This document shows, piece by piece, positions 32,238 through 42,864 of a stretch of DNA of 57,846 bases (position 1 is the first letter of the stretch; each line of letters starts with the position of its first letter). The notes beneath the pieces were generated by a model, which was not told the origin of the DNA, ran no database searches, and worked only from the letters and a program-made list of their open reading frames with translations. The position numbers were made by a program, and so were the translations under genes. The DNA is from a virus. Taxonomy: Duplodnaviria > Caudoviricetes. Location of the stretch: the IMG/VR virus record IMGVR_UViG_3300009467_000016, positions 1 through 57,846 of that record. One strand, 5' to 3'.

Positions 32238-35200
32238 ATGGGTACTACATACACAAGACAATCAACATTTACTGACGGTGATACAATTACAGCAGACCTG
32301 TTTAACACAGAGTTTGATCAACTTGTTGCTGCCTTTGCTGCCACCTCTGGACACTCACATGACGGTACAGCAGGAGAAGGTGGGACTATTAGTGGCTTGA
32401 TTACTCCCGGCATTACGCTAGGAGATAACACTATTGACGTCACTCTTACGTTTGATGGTGGCTCTAATAACGGTGTACTAAAGTGGATGGAGGATGAGGA
32501 TTACTTTGAGTTTTCTGATGATATACTTATTGCGTCAACAGAAAAAATTCAGTTTGATACAGCCGCTAACTATATTAATTCAGGGGCAACTAATCATCTT
32601 GATCTTGTAGCAGGTGATGAAATACATCTTACAGCTAATACTATTAATATAGATGGTGCTGTAGCACTCAATGGTGCTGTTACTGGGGCTACTAATATTA
32701 CTCTTAGTGGTGAGCTTGATGCAGCTACCTTAGACATTTCAGGTAATGCTGACATTGATGGTAATTTAGATGTAGGTGGTAATCTTACAGTAACAGGTAC
32801 TACTACCTTTAATGGTGGTACTCTTACGCTTGGTGATTCTAATGCTGATAATGTTGTATTTGGGGCAGATGTAAACTCTAGCATTATTCCTAACACAGAT
32901 GATACATACGATTTAGGTTCGGCTAGTCAAGAGTGGCGTGACTTGTACTTGGATGGTACAGCACACATAGACACACTAGACGTTGATCTTAATGCTACTG
33001 TAGCTGGGACTTTGGGTGTAACTGGCATTGCTACATTTACTGATGACATTATTATTGGTGACGGTAAGACCATTGGTTCTGTTAGTGATGTAGATGCTAT
33101 TACTATTGCTTCTAATGGGCAGGTTACTTTTACCCAAAAATTAATAGGTACTGAGTTAGACATTAGTGGTGATATTGATGTACTTGGTACAGCTAACCTT
33201 GATATAGTGGACATTGATGGTGCAGTAAATATGGCTACTACTGCCTTAGTTACTGGTGTCTTGACTACTACATCTACACAGGTAGCAACTGGTGGAATCA
33301 CAAGTGGTTCAAACATTGTTTCTGACACAGACAGTACTGATGATCTTGGTACAACCAGTGTTCGTTGGGCTAATTTATTTGTTGATGGTATTACTGCAAC
33401 TGATCAAATAACAGCTACTGGATTTACTGGTACATTAGATGGTATTCTTGGGTCTGGTACTGCTGCTGCTGCAACTGTAACAACTCTTGATACAAGTGGT
33501 GCTGTTAATTTAAATCTTGTTACTGACTCAACTAGCTCAACTTCAGGTGCTTTGATTGTTGACGGTGGTGTTGGTATAGCTAAGAAGTTGTTCGTTGGTA
33601 CAGACCTAGATGTAGATGGAACAACTAACCTTGATGCCGTAGATATTGATGGTACTGTTACAGTAGGTGCTGACGATCAAGGCTACGATGTAATACTTTA
33701 CGGTGATACTGCTTCAGCTAATATGACTTGGGACACTTCTGCTGATGATCTTATTTTTAATGGTGTTGCTGGTCTTATTGTACCTGAGGGACAACTAACA
33801 CTAGGCTCTGATGCTGTTACTGCTACAGCCGATGAATTAAACATACTTGATGGTAAAGCATTTCTTGATGAAGATAACTTTGCAAGTAACTCAGCAACAG
33901 GTATTGCAAGTCAACAGTCTATTAAAGCCTATGTAGATGCTTCTGCAGGTTCTAATATAGTTGCTACAGGCGCATTAAACTCTGGCTCTATTACATCTGG
34001 TTTTGGCAGTATAGATAATGGTTCATCTGATATTACAACTACAGGGCTTATTTCAGGTGGATCACTTGATATAGACAATGTACTTATTAATGGTACTACT
34101 ATTGGTCATACAAATGACACAGATTTAATTACCCTTGCTGCTGATCTAGTAACCGTAGCAGGTGAAGTATCCATGACTACATTAGATATTGGTGGTACTA
34201 ATGTTACTGCTGATGCAGGGGAATTAAATACTCTTGAAGGTATTACTGCAGTTGTAGGTGAACTTAATGCACTAGACTTAGGAGATACTGCAATAGGAAC
34301 AGCTATTGCTTCTAAGGCTGTAGTGTTAAATTCTAATAAAGATTATACAGGTATTCGTAACTTTACTATTACAGGTAACTTATCTGTAGGTGGTACTACT
34401 ACTGTAGTAGATACAGTAACAATGAATGCACAAAATGCTGTTCTTTTTGAAGGAACTACGGCTGATGACTTTGAAACTACTCTTAGTATTGTAGACCCAA
34501 CTGCTGATAGAACTATTAAACTACCAGACCAAAGTGGTACAATTCCAGTATTAGCAGCAGTTAGTACCACCGCTATTTCTGCTACTCCTGAAGAACTAAA
34601 TATTCTTGATGGTAATACTTCTCCAACTTCTACTACTGTAGTAGACGCAGACCGTGTTGTTATGAATGACGATGGCACTATGGTACAAGTTGCCGTAACA
34701 GACCTTGCTGCTTACTTTGATGATGAAATTACAGCAATGCCTAACTTAATTACTACTGCTGCAACTACTGTAGGTGCTTTAGATAGTGGTAGCATTACAT
34801 CAGGCTTTGGTACTATAGACACTGGTGCAAGTGCAATTACTACTACTGGTTTGATTACAGGTGGTTCTCTTACAGTAGATGATGTAGGAGTAGATGGTAA
34901 AGTTATTACCATGACAGGTTCATCCAATGATACTGCTGTATTTACTGTAGGAACAAATGGTACACTTTCTATTGTAACAACTGATGCTGATGCAGCCGCT
35001 GCTAATATACAAATTACAGCAGATGGTACAGCAGAGCTTGCAGGTACTACAGTTACGCTAGACTCTGGCGGGGATATAGACCTTGCGGCTACTGATGATA
35101 TAAACATTCCATCAGGTGTAGGTCTTACGTTTGGTGATGATGGCGAGAAGATTGAGGGTAATGGTACAGACTTAACAATTACTTCAGGTGCTAAGATTAA

Positions 35201-36977
35201 TCTTACAGCAACATCAGATGTACACATCCCTAATAATGTAGGTATTGTATTTGGTGGTGACTCAGAAAAGATTGAAGGTGATGGAACAGACTTAACTATT
35301 GCTGGTAATAACATTAACCTTACTGCTGCTGTTGATGTTATTATTGATGCTGACAATGAAATAGAACTAAACTCAACTTTAATTGATGTAAATGGCAACT
35401 TAGATGTTAGTGGAACAATCGTTGGTGCTAGTACACTTTCTGCAACAACAGGTACATTTAGTGGTATTTTAAAAACAGATGATGCTACTGAAGCTACTAG
35501 CACAACAGATGGATCATTACAAACAGATGGCGGTTTATCTGTAGTAAAAGATGCTGTGTTTGGTGATGATATTAAACTGTTATCTGATGCTTCTGTAATA
35601 CATTTTGGTGCTGATAGTGAGGTTACTCTTACTCATGTGCATGATGCTGGACTAGCACTAAAGCATACTGCTACTGCAGATGACAAACCTATCGTACTTA
35701 CCTTGCAAACAGGTGAGACTGATATAGCAGCCGATGATGAGATTGGAGTAATTAATTTTCAAGCCCCTAATGAAGGTGCAGGTACGGATTCTATACTTGT
35801 AGCTGCAGGTATTGCTGCTGTATCGGAAGGTGATTTTAGTGCTTCTAATAATGCTACTAAACTTTCATTTAGGACAGGTGCATCAGAAGCAGCTTCCGAA
35901 AAAATGTCACTTAGCTCTGCTGGTTTGCTAACTATTGCTGATGACTTTATTATTAAAGATGGTGGTACTATTGGTTCTGCTAGTGACGTAGATGCTATTA
36001 CTATTGCTTCTAATGGGCAAGTTACTCTTACACAAACATTAATAGGTACTGATTTAGACATTAGTGGTGATGTAGATGTAGACGGAACATTAGAGGCTGA
36101 TGCAATTACGATTGGTGGAACTGCGGTAGGCTCTATTTTTAGCCCAATTGCGGGTGGCACAGGCATAGTTACAACAGGTGCTTTAGACGCAGGTTCAATA
36201 ACTTCTGGTTTTGGTAACATAGACACAGGTTCTAGTACTATTACTACTACTGGATTAATTTCTGGCGGTTCATTAGACATTGATAATGTTTTAATCAATG
36301 GTACTACTATAGGGCATACAGACGATACAGACTTAATTACACTTGCTAATGGTGTAGTCACTGTCGCTGGTGAAGTATCTATGACCACATTAGATATTGG
36401 TGGTACTAATGTTACTGCTGATGCAGGGGAATTAAATCAACTAGCTGGGGCAGTAGCAAAAACTGCAGGTAAAGAAACCATATGGGTTCCTGCCAGTGCT
36501 ATGCAGCCTACTACTACTAATGGTTGTTCTGCACTTACTACAGTAGAGACTACATCAGGTAGACCAGACTTAGTTGTATTAGACTTTGATAAAGATAGTG
36601 ATGAGTTTGCACAATTTAGTATAGCATTTCCTAAATCATGGAACGCAGGTACTGTAACCTTTCAAGTCTTTTGGGCTGGTATTGCAGCTACAACAGATGT
36701 TGATTGGATGGTTGATGCTGTTGCTATATCTAATAACACTAGCTTTGATGTTGCGTATGGCACAGCAGTAGTAGTTACAGACAATGCTCAAGGTGCGGTA
36801 GAAGAACTAAATGTATCTGCTGAAAGTGGTGCATTAACTATTGCAGGTTCTCCCGGCGACGATGAGCTATGTTTCTTTAGAATTGGTAGGGATGTATCAG
36901 GCGATGCTATGGCAGGTGATGCACGGCTTGCAGGCATTAAAGTGTTCTTTACTACTGACTTAGCTAATGATGCGTAG
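32238..36977 (+). CDS. Long tail fibre protein with internal repeats
   Basis: 1579 aa rich in G/T/D; N-terminal YTRQS..DGDTI..FN.EF..GHSHDG anchor; duplicated modules. Confidence 0.85.
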   Translation: MGTTYTRQSTFTDGDTITADLFNTEFDQLVAAFAATSGHSHDGTAGEGGTISGLITPGITLGDNTIDVTLTFDGGSNNGVLKWMEDEDYFEFSDDILIASTEKIQFDTAANYINSGATNHLDLVAGDEIHLTANTINIDGAVALNGAVTGATNITLSGELDAATLDISGNADIDGNLDVGGNLTVTGTTTFNGGTLTLGDSNADNVVFGADVNSSIIPNTDDTYDLGSASQEWRDLYLDGTAHIDTLDVDLNATVAGTLGVTGIATFTDDIIIGDGKTIGSVSDVDAITIASNGQVTFTQKLIGTELDISGDIDVLGTANLDIVDIDGAVNMATTALVTGVLTTTSTQVATGGITSGSNIVSDTDSTDDLGTTSVRWANLFVDGITATDQITATGFTGTLDGILGSGTAAAATVTTLDTSGAVNLNLVTDSTSSTSGALIVDGGVGIAKKLFVGTDLDVDGTTNLDAVDIDGTVTVGADDQGYDVILYGDTASANMTWDTSADDLIFNGVAGLIVPEGQLTLGSDAVTATADELNILDGKAFLDEDNFASNSATGIASQQSIKAYVDASAGSNIVATGALNSGSITSGFGSIDNGSSDITTTGLISGGSLDIDNVLINGTTIGHTNDTDLITLAADLVTVAGEVSMTTLDIGGTNVTADAGELNTLEGITAVVGELNALDLGDTAIGTAIASKAVVLNSNKDYTGIRNFTITGNLSVGGTTTVVDTVTMNAQNAVLFEGTTADDFETTLSIVDPTADRTIKLPDQSGTIPVLAAVSTTAISATPEELNILDGNTSPTSTTVVDADRVVMNDDGTMVQVAVTDLAAYFDDEITAMPNLITTAATTVGALDSGSITSGFGTIDTGASAITTTGLITGGSLTVDDVGVDGKVITMTGSSNDTAVFTVGTNGTLSIVTTDADAAAANIQITADGTAELAGTTVTLDSGGDIDLAATDDINIPSGVGLTFGDDGEKIEGNGTDLTITSGAKINLTATSDVHIPNNVGIVFGGDSEKIEGDGTDLTIAGNNINLTAAVDVIIDADNEIELNSTLIDVNGNLDVSGTIVGASTLSATTGTFSGILKTDDATEATSTTDGSLQTDGGLSVVKDAVFGDDIKLLSDASVIHFGADSEVTLTHVHDAGLALKHTATADDKPIVLTLQTGETDIAADDEIGVINFQAPNEGAGTDSILVAAGIAAVSEGDFSASNNATKLSFRTGASEAASEKMSLSSAGLLTIADDFIIKDGGTIGSASDVDAITIASNGQVTLTQTLIGTDLDISGDVDVDGTLEADAITIGGTAVGSIFSPIAGGTGIVTTGALDAGSITSGFGNIDTGSSTITTTGLISGGSLDIDNVLINGTTIGHTDDTDLITLANGVVTVAGEVSMTTLDIGGTNVTADAGELNQLAGAVAKTAGKETIWVPASAMQPTTTNGCSALTTVETTSGRPDLVVLDFDKDSDEFAQFSIAFPKSWNAGTVTFQVFWAGIAATTDVDWMVDAVAISNNTSFDVAYGTAVVVTDNAQGAVEELNVSAESGALTIAGSPGDDELCFFRIGRDVSGDAMAGDARLAGIKVFFTTDLANDA

Positions 36978-36989
36978 GGGGTAAAAAAC

Positions 36990-37856
36990 ATGAGCAGTTT
37001 TGGGTATAATGTTTTAGGTTTTGGAGCTTCTGCTCCTGCTCCTGCGGTAGCTGATAGCCTCTTTGGACCGTCCTATGGAAATTGGGATGGAAGTCTTTTA
37101 AGATTTAGCAGTACGTCTGACGCTAACGGTGGATCAACCAGTAGTTTAAATGGTTTAGCTTTTTTTTATGACGCTGTAACAAGTAGGGTGTATGATGGGT
37201 ATGCTGGTGGTAGCTACATGTCTTATCATGCAGGCGGTTATTATTTATTTAACAGCGGCGATTCCATAATGCCAAACAGACCTTCTAGTTCAAATGTAGA
37301 CTCAGGTAACGGCACCAGTGGTGCTACAATAGTGTATCAAGATAACAAATCATACGTTTTGTTTGGTTCCATTGTTTCCCAAACTGTTTATGTTTGGTTA
37401 AATGGAACAACGCCTGTATATAAAGGTTACTTTAATTTACAGTCGGGTCATAATGCTAGATCATTAGCGTTTGGAGAATGGGATGGCGGTACAAAATTAT
37501 TTTCAAACAGTATTTCACTGACTACTTTTTACTATACCATACCTGATCTTGAAAATTTAAACAACTCCACCATAAGTGTAGACGGCAACTTTACAACTGG
37601 TGTTAGTGCTTTTTATAGTATGTCGTACGCAGGTAAAGACAGTAATGATGATGTTCATTTTTATTTTCGAAATTCCGCCAAAATGTATTTGTATAAAATT
37701 GCAGATGGTGCAAGTTCGGCAACCGCAGCAACGGAAGTAGAAAATTGGACAAGATCAGGCGGTGGCAGCTACGGCCATTTCATTGATTATGATAATAAAA
37801 AACTATACACTGGTGGGCTTGGCGCTCAGACTTTGTATAGGTATCCTTTACTTTAG
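36990..37856 (+). CDS. Putative receptor-binding / fibre-tip protein
   Basis: SSFGYNVLGFG N-terminus and S/G/Y-rich beta body directly after the fibre gene. Confidence 0.55.
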   Translation: MSSFGYNVLGFGASAPAPAVADSLFGPSYGNWDGSLLRFSSTSDANGGSTSSLNGLAFFYDAVTSRVYDGYAGGSYMSYHAGGYYLFNSGDSIMPNRPSSSNVDSGNGTSGATIVYQDNKSYVLFGSIVSQTVYVWLNGTTPVYKGYFNLQSGHNARSLAFGEWDGGTKLFSNSISLTTFYYTIPDLENLNNSTISVDGNFTTGVSAFYSMSYAGKDSNDDVHFYFRNSAKMYLYKIADGASSATAATEVENWTRSGGGSYGHFIDYDNKKLYTGGLGAQTLYRYPLL

Positions 37857-37871
37857 AAAGGCAAAACTAAA

Positions 37872-38126
37872 ATGGATATTAACTGGACAGTAGTAACAAT
37901 AGTTGGTGCCTTGTTAGCCCAAGGTGCTGCTATTGTCTGGGCAGTATCAGGCATGGCGTCAGACATTCAGTATAACAGAAGTGACATATCCGAAATGGAA
38001 TCTAGCACAGCAAGACTAGCTGATGATATACATGAGAATGATGTAATGATTGCACGTATTGATGCAAACGTAGAAGCAATCAAGGAAGCATTAAATGTGG
38101 TTACGACTAGCCACGCAAAGAGATAA
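37872..38126 (+). CDS. TM + coiled-coil small protein
   Basis: N-terminal hydrophobic helix. Confidence 0.7.
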   Translation: MDINWTVVTIVGALLAQGAAIVWAVSGMASDIQYNRSDISEMESSTARLADDIHENDVMIARIDANVEAIKEALNVVTTSHAKR

Positions 38127-38130
38127 CTAA

Positions 38131-38610
38131 ATGATTGACCCCATCACAGCTTTTGCTGCAGCCAATGCAGCTTTCAAAGGGGTCAAGATGCTTGTAGGAG
38201 CTGGCAGAGAGATACAAGATGTATCACAGCAGCTAGGAGCATGGTACGGTGCAGTAGCAGACATTACTAGGGCTGAGTCTCAACGTAAGAAACCTACATG
38301 GCTAGACAAGCAGACTCACGGCAGTGACAACATTGAACAAGAAGCAATGGACATTGTTGTTCGTAAGAAGACATTGCTTGAGAAAGAAAAAGAAATAAAG
38401 TTTATGTTAGACTACAGGTTTGGTCTTGGCACATACGATGAAATGCTAGGGATGCGTAGGCAGATACGTAAGGAACGTGAAGAGACTGTGTACGCAGCAA
38501 TGGAAGCTAAAAGACAGATAGCTAACAATGCAGCAATAGGTGGCTTATCATTACTAATCATTGGTGTATTAGGTGGGGGCATGTATTTAATATCACTAGG
38601 AATTAGTTAA
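38131..38610 (+). CDS. Hypothetical protein with C-terminal TM
   Basis: MIDPIT start, coiled coil, hydrophobic C-terminus. Confidence 0.75.
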   Translation: MIDPITAFAAANAAFKGVKMLVGAGREIQDVSQQLGAWYGAVADITRAESQRKKPTWLDKQTHGSDNIEQEAMDIVVRKKTLLEKEKEIKFMLDYRFGLGTYDEMLGMRRQIRKEREETVYAAMEAKRQIANNAAIGGLSLLIIGVLGGGMYLISLGIS

Positions 38611-38876
38611 TGATTAATCTTGTTGTGTTACCCCTTGTGTTAGCGGGGTTGTTAAGTCACCCTGAGTTTGTACAGTGTCACCTAGCAAAAAGAGTTAAGA
38701 TACAGGGAGAAATGGTTTGCATTTACCGTGGACCTAATGGTACAATAGGCTACCACTACCCTATGTTTAAGTTTAGTGAGTGTCCTAAGACATACATGTG
38801 TAGGTACACGCCTAACGCTAAGAAGAAAGTAAGTGTTCAAGATATACTTGACGGATTAAAGGACGGATTTGAATAA
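38610..38876 (+). CDS. Small Cys-containing exported-like protein
   Basis: Hydrophobic N-terminus, four Cys; TAATG coupling. Confidence 0.65.
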   Translation: MINLVVLPLVLAGLLSHPEFVQCHLAKRVKIQGEMVCIYRGPNGTIGYHYPMFKFSECPKTYMCRYTPNAKKKVSVQDILDGLKDGFE

Positions 38877-41356
38877 TGGCTTTTACCTATGGTGAATACA
38901 ACGGAAAAAAATTAGATGATTTAAGTGGTGCTGAAAGACGTGCTTATGAAGCTAGTGTGACAGCGTATCAAGCGCAACAAAATCAACAAGAGGCAGTAGA
39001 TAGAGCTGCAAGTTCCCCAGATACGGGTACTACAGATACGGGTACTACAGATACGGGTACTACAGATACGGGTACTACAGATACGGGTACTACAGAGACT
39101 GACGGTGAAACCACTGTTGAAAACCCTGACCCGCCACCTTTTGAACCCCCTGTATTTGGTGCAGGCACTGTTGATGAAACTCCCATGCAATCTAAGCTTG
39201 ATAAAATCAATCAAGAGCTTGCTGATTTGTACACTATGGATCAGACTGACCCTGCTGTTATTAAGGCTATAGAAGATAAGACTAAAGAGCAACAAACTAC
39301 AAGTGCTGCAGCCGTGACTGAGGGCCAGCAGAATCTTGTAAGTACTGCAATTAAAACCCCTCAAGACTTACTTACTAAAGCTACTGTTGCTAAAATAGAC
39401 CCTGATACAATCGGTGCAGAGATTTCTTCAGACTTAAATAAAGTCCCTCAGTATGATGCAGCAGGTAATCCAATATTAGATGAAGCAGGTAATCCTGTTT
39501 TAGGGCCATCACAAGCAAATGTAGCTACGGCAAGCAAAGCAGGTGTTCCTCAGTATGACGCAGCAGGTAATGTAATATTAGATGCAGAGGGAAATCCTGT
39601 TTTAGGTGCAGCACAAACTGACGCACCAGATGATATTGAAACTGAAAAGTACACTGCATCAACTTCAATAGGGGATGCCACTAAAGCCCTTGAAGGCGGC
39701 GAGTTTATTGATGGGGCTTCTCTGGTAGAAAAAGCTGCAGAGTCATCAAAAGGAATGCTCAAAGATGCAAAGTACAATAAAGAAAAAGGGACTGTCACAT
39801 ATTTAAGACCTAATGCTGTAGCTATGGGTTTTCAGGAGGATGGATCACCTTACCCTCAAACCTTTAGTGAAGTAGAAGTACCCATTGCGGAGTTTGCGGA
39901 GCTTACAGGCATATCACTAGATGATTACACTACACAAGTAGATGGCCTTAAGACAGTAAAAGGGGATGACCCTGATGCCATTGAAGGAGCAACTGCAGAC
40001 GTAGAAGAACTAAAAGGCAAGGACATTAAAGCTGCTCAAATAGATGCAGAGGATGTCACACAGATAGTTAAGCCTGATGCTCGTAAGCTTGAACCCGGCG
40101 AGGAAATTGAAGGCTCTGCTGTTGATATGGCAAGAGTAAAAGCGGCTGTAGAGTTTGACGCAGCACAGGCTGACCCATCTAAACAGGCTACTGTTAGAGG
40201 CCAGATGGAAGAACTGCAAGCTGACTTTGAAGGTGGTCAGACGCCAGCTTGGGCTGCAGGGGCATTAAGAAACGTTTCAGCACAGATGGCAGCGCGTGGG
40301 CTTGGTGCTAGTAGTATGGCAGGACAAGCTCTTGTACAGGCTGCTATGGAAGCTGCTCTACCTATTGCACAGGTAGATGCTGCTACCTTTAGTAAGTTTG
40401 AGTTTGAAAACCTTAGCAACAGGCAAGCCACTGCAATGTTTGCTGCAGAGCAACGTGCTAAATTTCTTGGACAAGAGTTTGACGAAGAGTTTCAAACACG
40501 TGTAAAAAATGCAGCTACTATTAGTGACATTGCTAATCAGAACTTTACAGCGGAACAGAGTATAGCATTAGAGAATGCTAAACTGGCATCAACTGCGAAT
40601 ATTGCTAATCTTAGTGCAAGAAATGCTAAAGTACTAGCTGATGCTGCTGCTGTATCTAACATGGAAATATCTAATTTAAATAATCAACAGCAAGCTAAAG
40701 TAGAGAACGCTAAAAACTTACTACAAATGGATATGACTAACTTAAATAATGAACAACAGACAGAGATATTTAAAGCACAGTCAATACAAGCTAGTATTCT
40801 TAGTGATCAGGCAGCAGAAAATGTAGCTAAACAATTTGGTGCTGAGAGTGAGAACGAGACCAATCAAGTTATGGCAAAGTTAGCGCAAGCAACAGCCGAA
40901 CAAAATACTTCACAAAAGAATTTAATGGAGCAGTTTAATGCAGGTGAGGAAAATGCAATAGCTAAACATGCTGCAGAACAAAAGAACGCAAGAGAAGAAT
41001 TTAATAGTGAATTTGCGTTAGAGATATCAAAAGCTAATGCATTATGGCGGCAAAATACTACCACAGTAAATACAGCCGAACAAAATGAGGCTAATAGGGA
41101 CGAGGCTAAAGCAGCTAATGAATTTACTGCTGAAACTTTAGATCAAATATGGCAAAGAGATCGTGACTTATTAAGCTATGCTTGGCAGAGTAGTAATAAT
41201 GCTTTAGATAGACTTAATGATGTTATTCTTGCTAATATTACAGCTACTTCATCAGCGAGTAATGCAGCTATATCAGCGGCAGCGACAACAGCAGCAGCAG
41301 AAATGACTGCATGGGGCCAACTAGGTAAAGGCTTATTAGGCTTAGATTTTGGATAA
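38876..41356 (+). CDS. Internal virion / ejection protein (putative)
   Basis: Ala/Gln/Asn-rich helical C-terminal half, MAARGLGASSMAG motif, position after tail genes. Confidence 0.65.
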   Translation: MAFTYGEYNGKKLDDLSGAERRAYEASVTAYQAQQNQQEAVDRAASSPDTGTTDTGTTDTGTTDTGTTDTGTTETDGETTVENPDPPPFEPPVFGAGTVDETPMQSKLDKINQELADLYTMDQTDPAVIKAIEDKTKEQQTTSAAAVTEGQQNLVSTAIKTPQDLLTKATVAKIDPDTIGAEISSDLNKVPQYDAAGNPILDEAGNPVLGPSQANVATASKAGVPQYDAAGNVILDAEGNPVLGAAQTDAPDDIETEKYTASTSIGDATKALEGGEFIDGASLVEKAAESSKGMLKDAKYNKEKGTVTYLRPNAVAMGFQEDGSPYPQTFSEVEVPIAEFAELTGISLDDYTTQVDGLKTVKGDDPDAIEGATADVEELKGKDIKAAQIDAEDVTQIVKPDARKLEPGEEIEGSAVDMARVKAAVEFDAAQADPSKQATVRGQMEELQADFEGGQTPAWAAGALRNVSAQMAARGLGASSMAGQALVQAAMEAALPIAQVDAATFSKFEFENLSNRQATAMFAAEQRAKFLGQEFDEEFQTRVKNAATISDIANQNFTAEQSIALENAKLASTANIANLSARNAKVLADAAAVSNMEISNLNNQQQAKVENAKNLLQMDMTNLNNEQQTEIFKAQSIQASILSDQAAENVAKQFGAESENETNQVMAKLAQATAEQNTSQKNLMEQFNAGEENAIAKHAAEQKNAREEFNSEFALEISKANALWRQNTTTVNTAEQNEANRDEAKAANEFTAETLDQIWQRDRDLLSYAWQSSNNALDRLNDVILANITATSSASNAAISAAATTAAAEMTAWGQLGKGLLGLDFG
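39020..39094 (+). repeat. Perfect 15-bp tandem repeat x5 (GATACGGGTACTACA, DTGTT)
   Basis: Read directly. Confidence 0.95.
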
Positions 41357-41374
41357 ATACAAGGGGGAATTGAT

Positions 41375-42235
41375 ATGTCAGATAGATATATAACTAAAGA
41401 AAGAATGCAAAAGTTCTTAGAGAGAGGCAATGATAAGTCTGTCTCTAATGTAGCAGCAGATGAAATACAAGCTACTGTAGGTGAGGTAGGTAAAGGTAGA
41501 GGTCTTGGGTCACAAACTAGAAGTAAAAAAAGAAAGGCTATGTTAAGTCAGGCAGGACAAAACTTGTATGACTCCTCTGCAGCCGTATTAGAACAACAAA
41601 AAGCTACTCAGGAAGCTATTCAACAAGAGAGCATTAATGATCTTCTGTTTTCTGTTATGCGTGAAACTGAAAAAGAAACACAAAAGTATTCACCTTCTGC
41701 TGAAGGCACTTTGGGTACAGCTACCTACCTAACTCAAGATGAGAAAAGACAACGGGGTAGGCTTGGTCCTGTAGCTGAAAAGCTAATGACTTCTAAAGAG
41801 TCAGGTAGTGGAGGTTATGACGCTCTATATGATCAGTCTCAAAAGAGTACATTTAAAGATTTTAAACCTACAGAAATGACTATTGGAGAAGTTCTAGCAT
41901 TTCAAAAGAAACGGGGAGAAGGCTCCTACGCATCCTTTGTAAAAGCTAACAATCCAAAAGGTACACTTTCTACACCTGTAGGAAAGTTTCAATATGTAGG
42001 AGCTACTTTGCAGGATGAAGTAGATACTAATGACTATGATCTTAATGACAAGTTCGATGCTAACATGCAAGATACTATTTTCTACAACCACGCTAACAGA
42101 ATAATAAAGAACCTTAAGACGCAAGAGGGCAAACGCTCTAAAATGAGGTCTACTTGGGAAGGCTTCAAGAGTAGAAAAGCTGTATCAGATAAAGAGCTAG
42201 ATGCTCTTATAGCTGAGATACAAAGTCGTAAATAA
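41375..42235 (+). CDS. Virion-associated lysozyme-like muramidase
   Basis: KESGSGGYDA, MTIGEV..FQ, PVGKFQY...TL, KFD..MQD lysozyme-fold motifs. Confidence 0.7.
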   Translation: MSDRYITKERMQKFLERGNDKSVSNVAADEIQATVGEVGKGRGLGSQTRSKKRKAMLSQAGQNLYDSSAAVLEQQKATQEAIQQESINDLLFSVMRETEKETQKYSPSAEGTLGTATYLTQDEKRQRGRLGPVAEKLMTSKESGSGGYDALYDQSQKSTFKDFKPTEMTIGEVLAFQKKRGEGSYASFVKANNPKGTLSTPVGKFQYVGATLQDEVDTNDYDLNDKFDANMQDTIFYNHANRIIKNLKTQEGKRSKMRSTWEGFKSRKAVSDKELDALIAEIQSRK

Positions 42236-42251
42236 AAAGGCAACAATAAAA

Positions 42252-42860
42252 ATGAGTAGAGTATTAAGAGGCCCAATTCCCGGCCAATCATTTGCGGATA
42301 AACCCGGCAACTACCCTTGGGAGAGACCCCCTGAAACTGCTGATCCTAAAGTGGCACTTAGTAAGCATCTTAAAAATATGTCTGGGGCTAAGTACATGGA
42401 TAGTGCGCTTTACATGATGGAGGTGGGCCTACCTGTAGAGGTGCTTACTAACACTACTTTAACTATGGCGGTAGGGAGAGGCATACACAGTATTGATGTA
42501 GGGCTTATTATTGCACCTGCTATTCACAAAGAGATTGTGTCTATTGCTGAAATGGCTGGCATTGAATATGACGAGTATTTCCCAGAGGAAGAAGAAGAAA
42601 AAGAAGCAGCTAAAGAAAGACTTAAGGCCATTATTATTGCCAAGATGAAGCGCAAAAAACCCAAAGAAAAAACTCAAATATCTCAAACTATGGAAGCTAT
42701 GACTAGCCCAGAAACAGAGGAGTTTGAAGATATGCAAGACCCACAGGACAAACAAGAGGCTCCTACAGAAGACATGGCTATGGATCAGCAACCACAGCAG
42801 GAAGAATCACAAGAGCCACCTAATCAAATGGGCATGGGCTTAATGAGTAGAGAGGCATAA
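42252..42860 (+). CDS. Conserved phage protein
   Basis: PIPGQS...PGNYPWERPP N-terminus; acidic tail. Confidence 0.75.
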   Translation: MSRVLRGPIPGQSFADKPGNYPWERPPETADPKVALSKHLKNMSGAKYMDSALYMMEVGLPVEVLTNTTLTMAVGRGIHSIDVGLIIAPAIHKEIVSIAEMAGIEYDEYFPEEEEEKEAAKERLKAIIIAKMKRKKPKEKTQISQTMEAMTSPETEEFEDMQDPQDKQEAPTEDMAMDQQPQQEESQEPPNQMGMGLMSREA

Positions 42861-42864
42861 AGAC

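Noticed and set aside
32238-37856. Diversity-generating retroelement or shufflon at the tail fibre
   Set aside because: No reverse transcriptase, no adenine-specific TR/VR pair, and no invertase or inverted fibre cassettes seen
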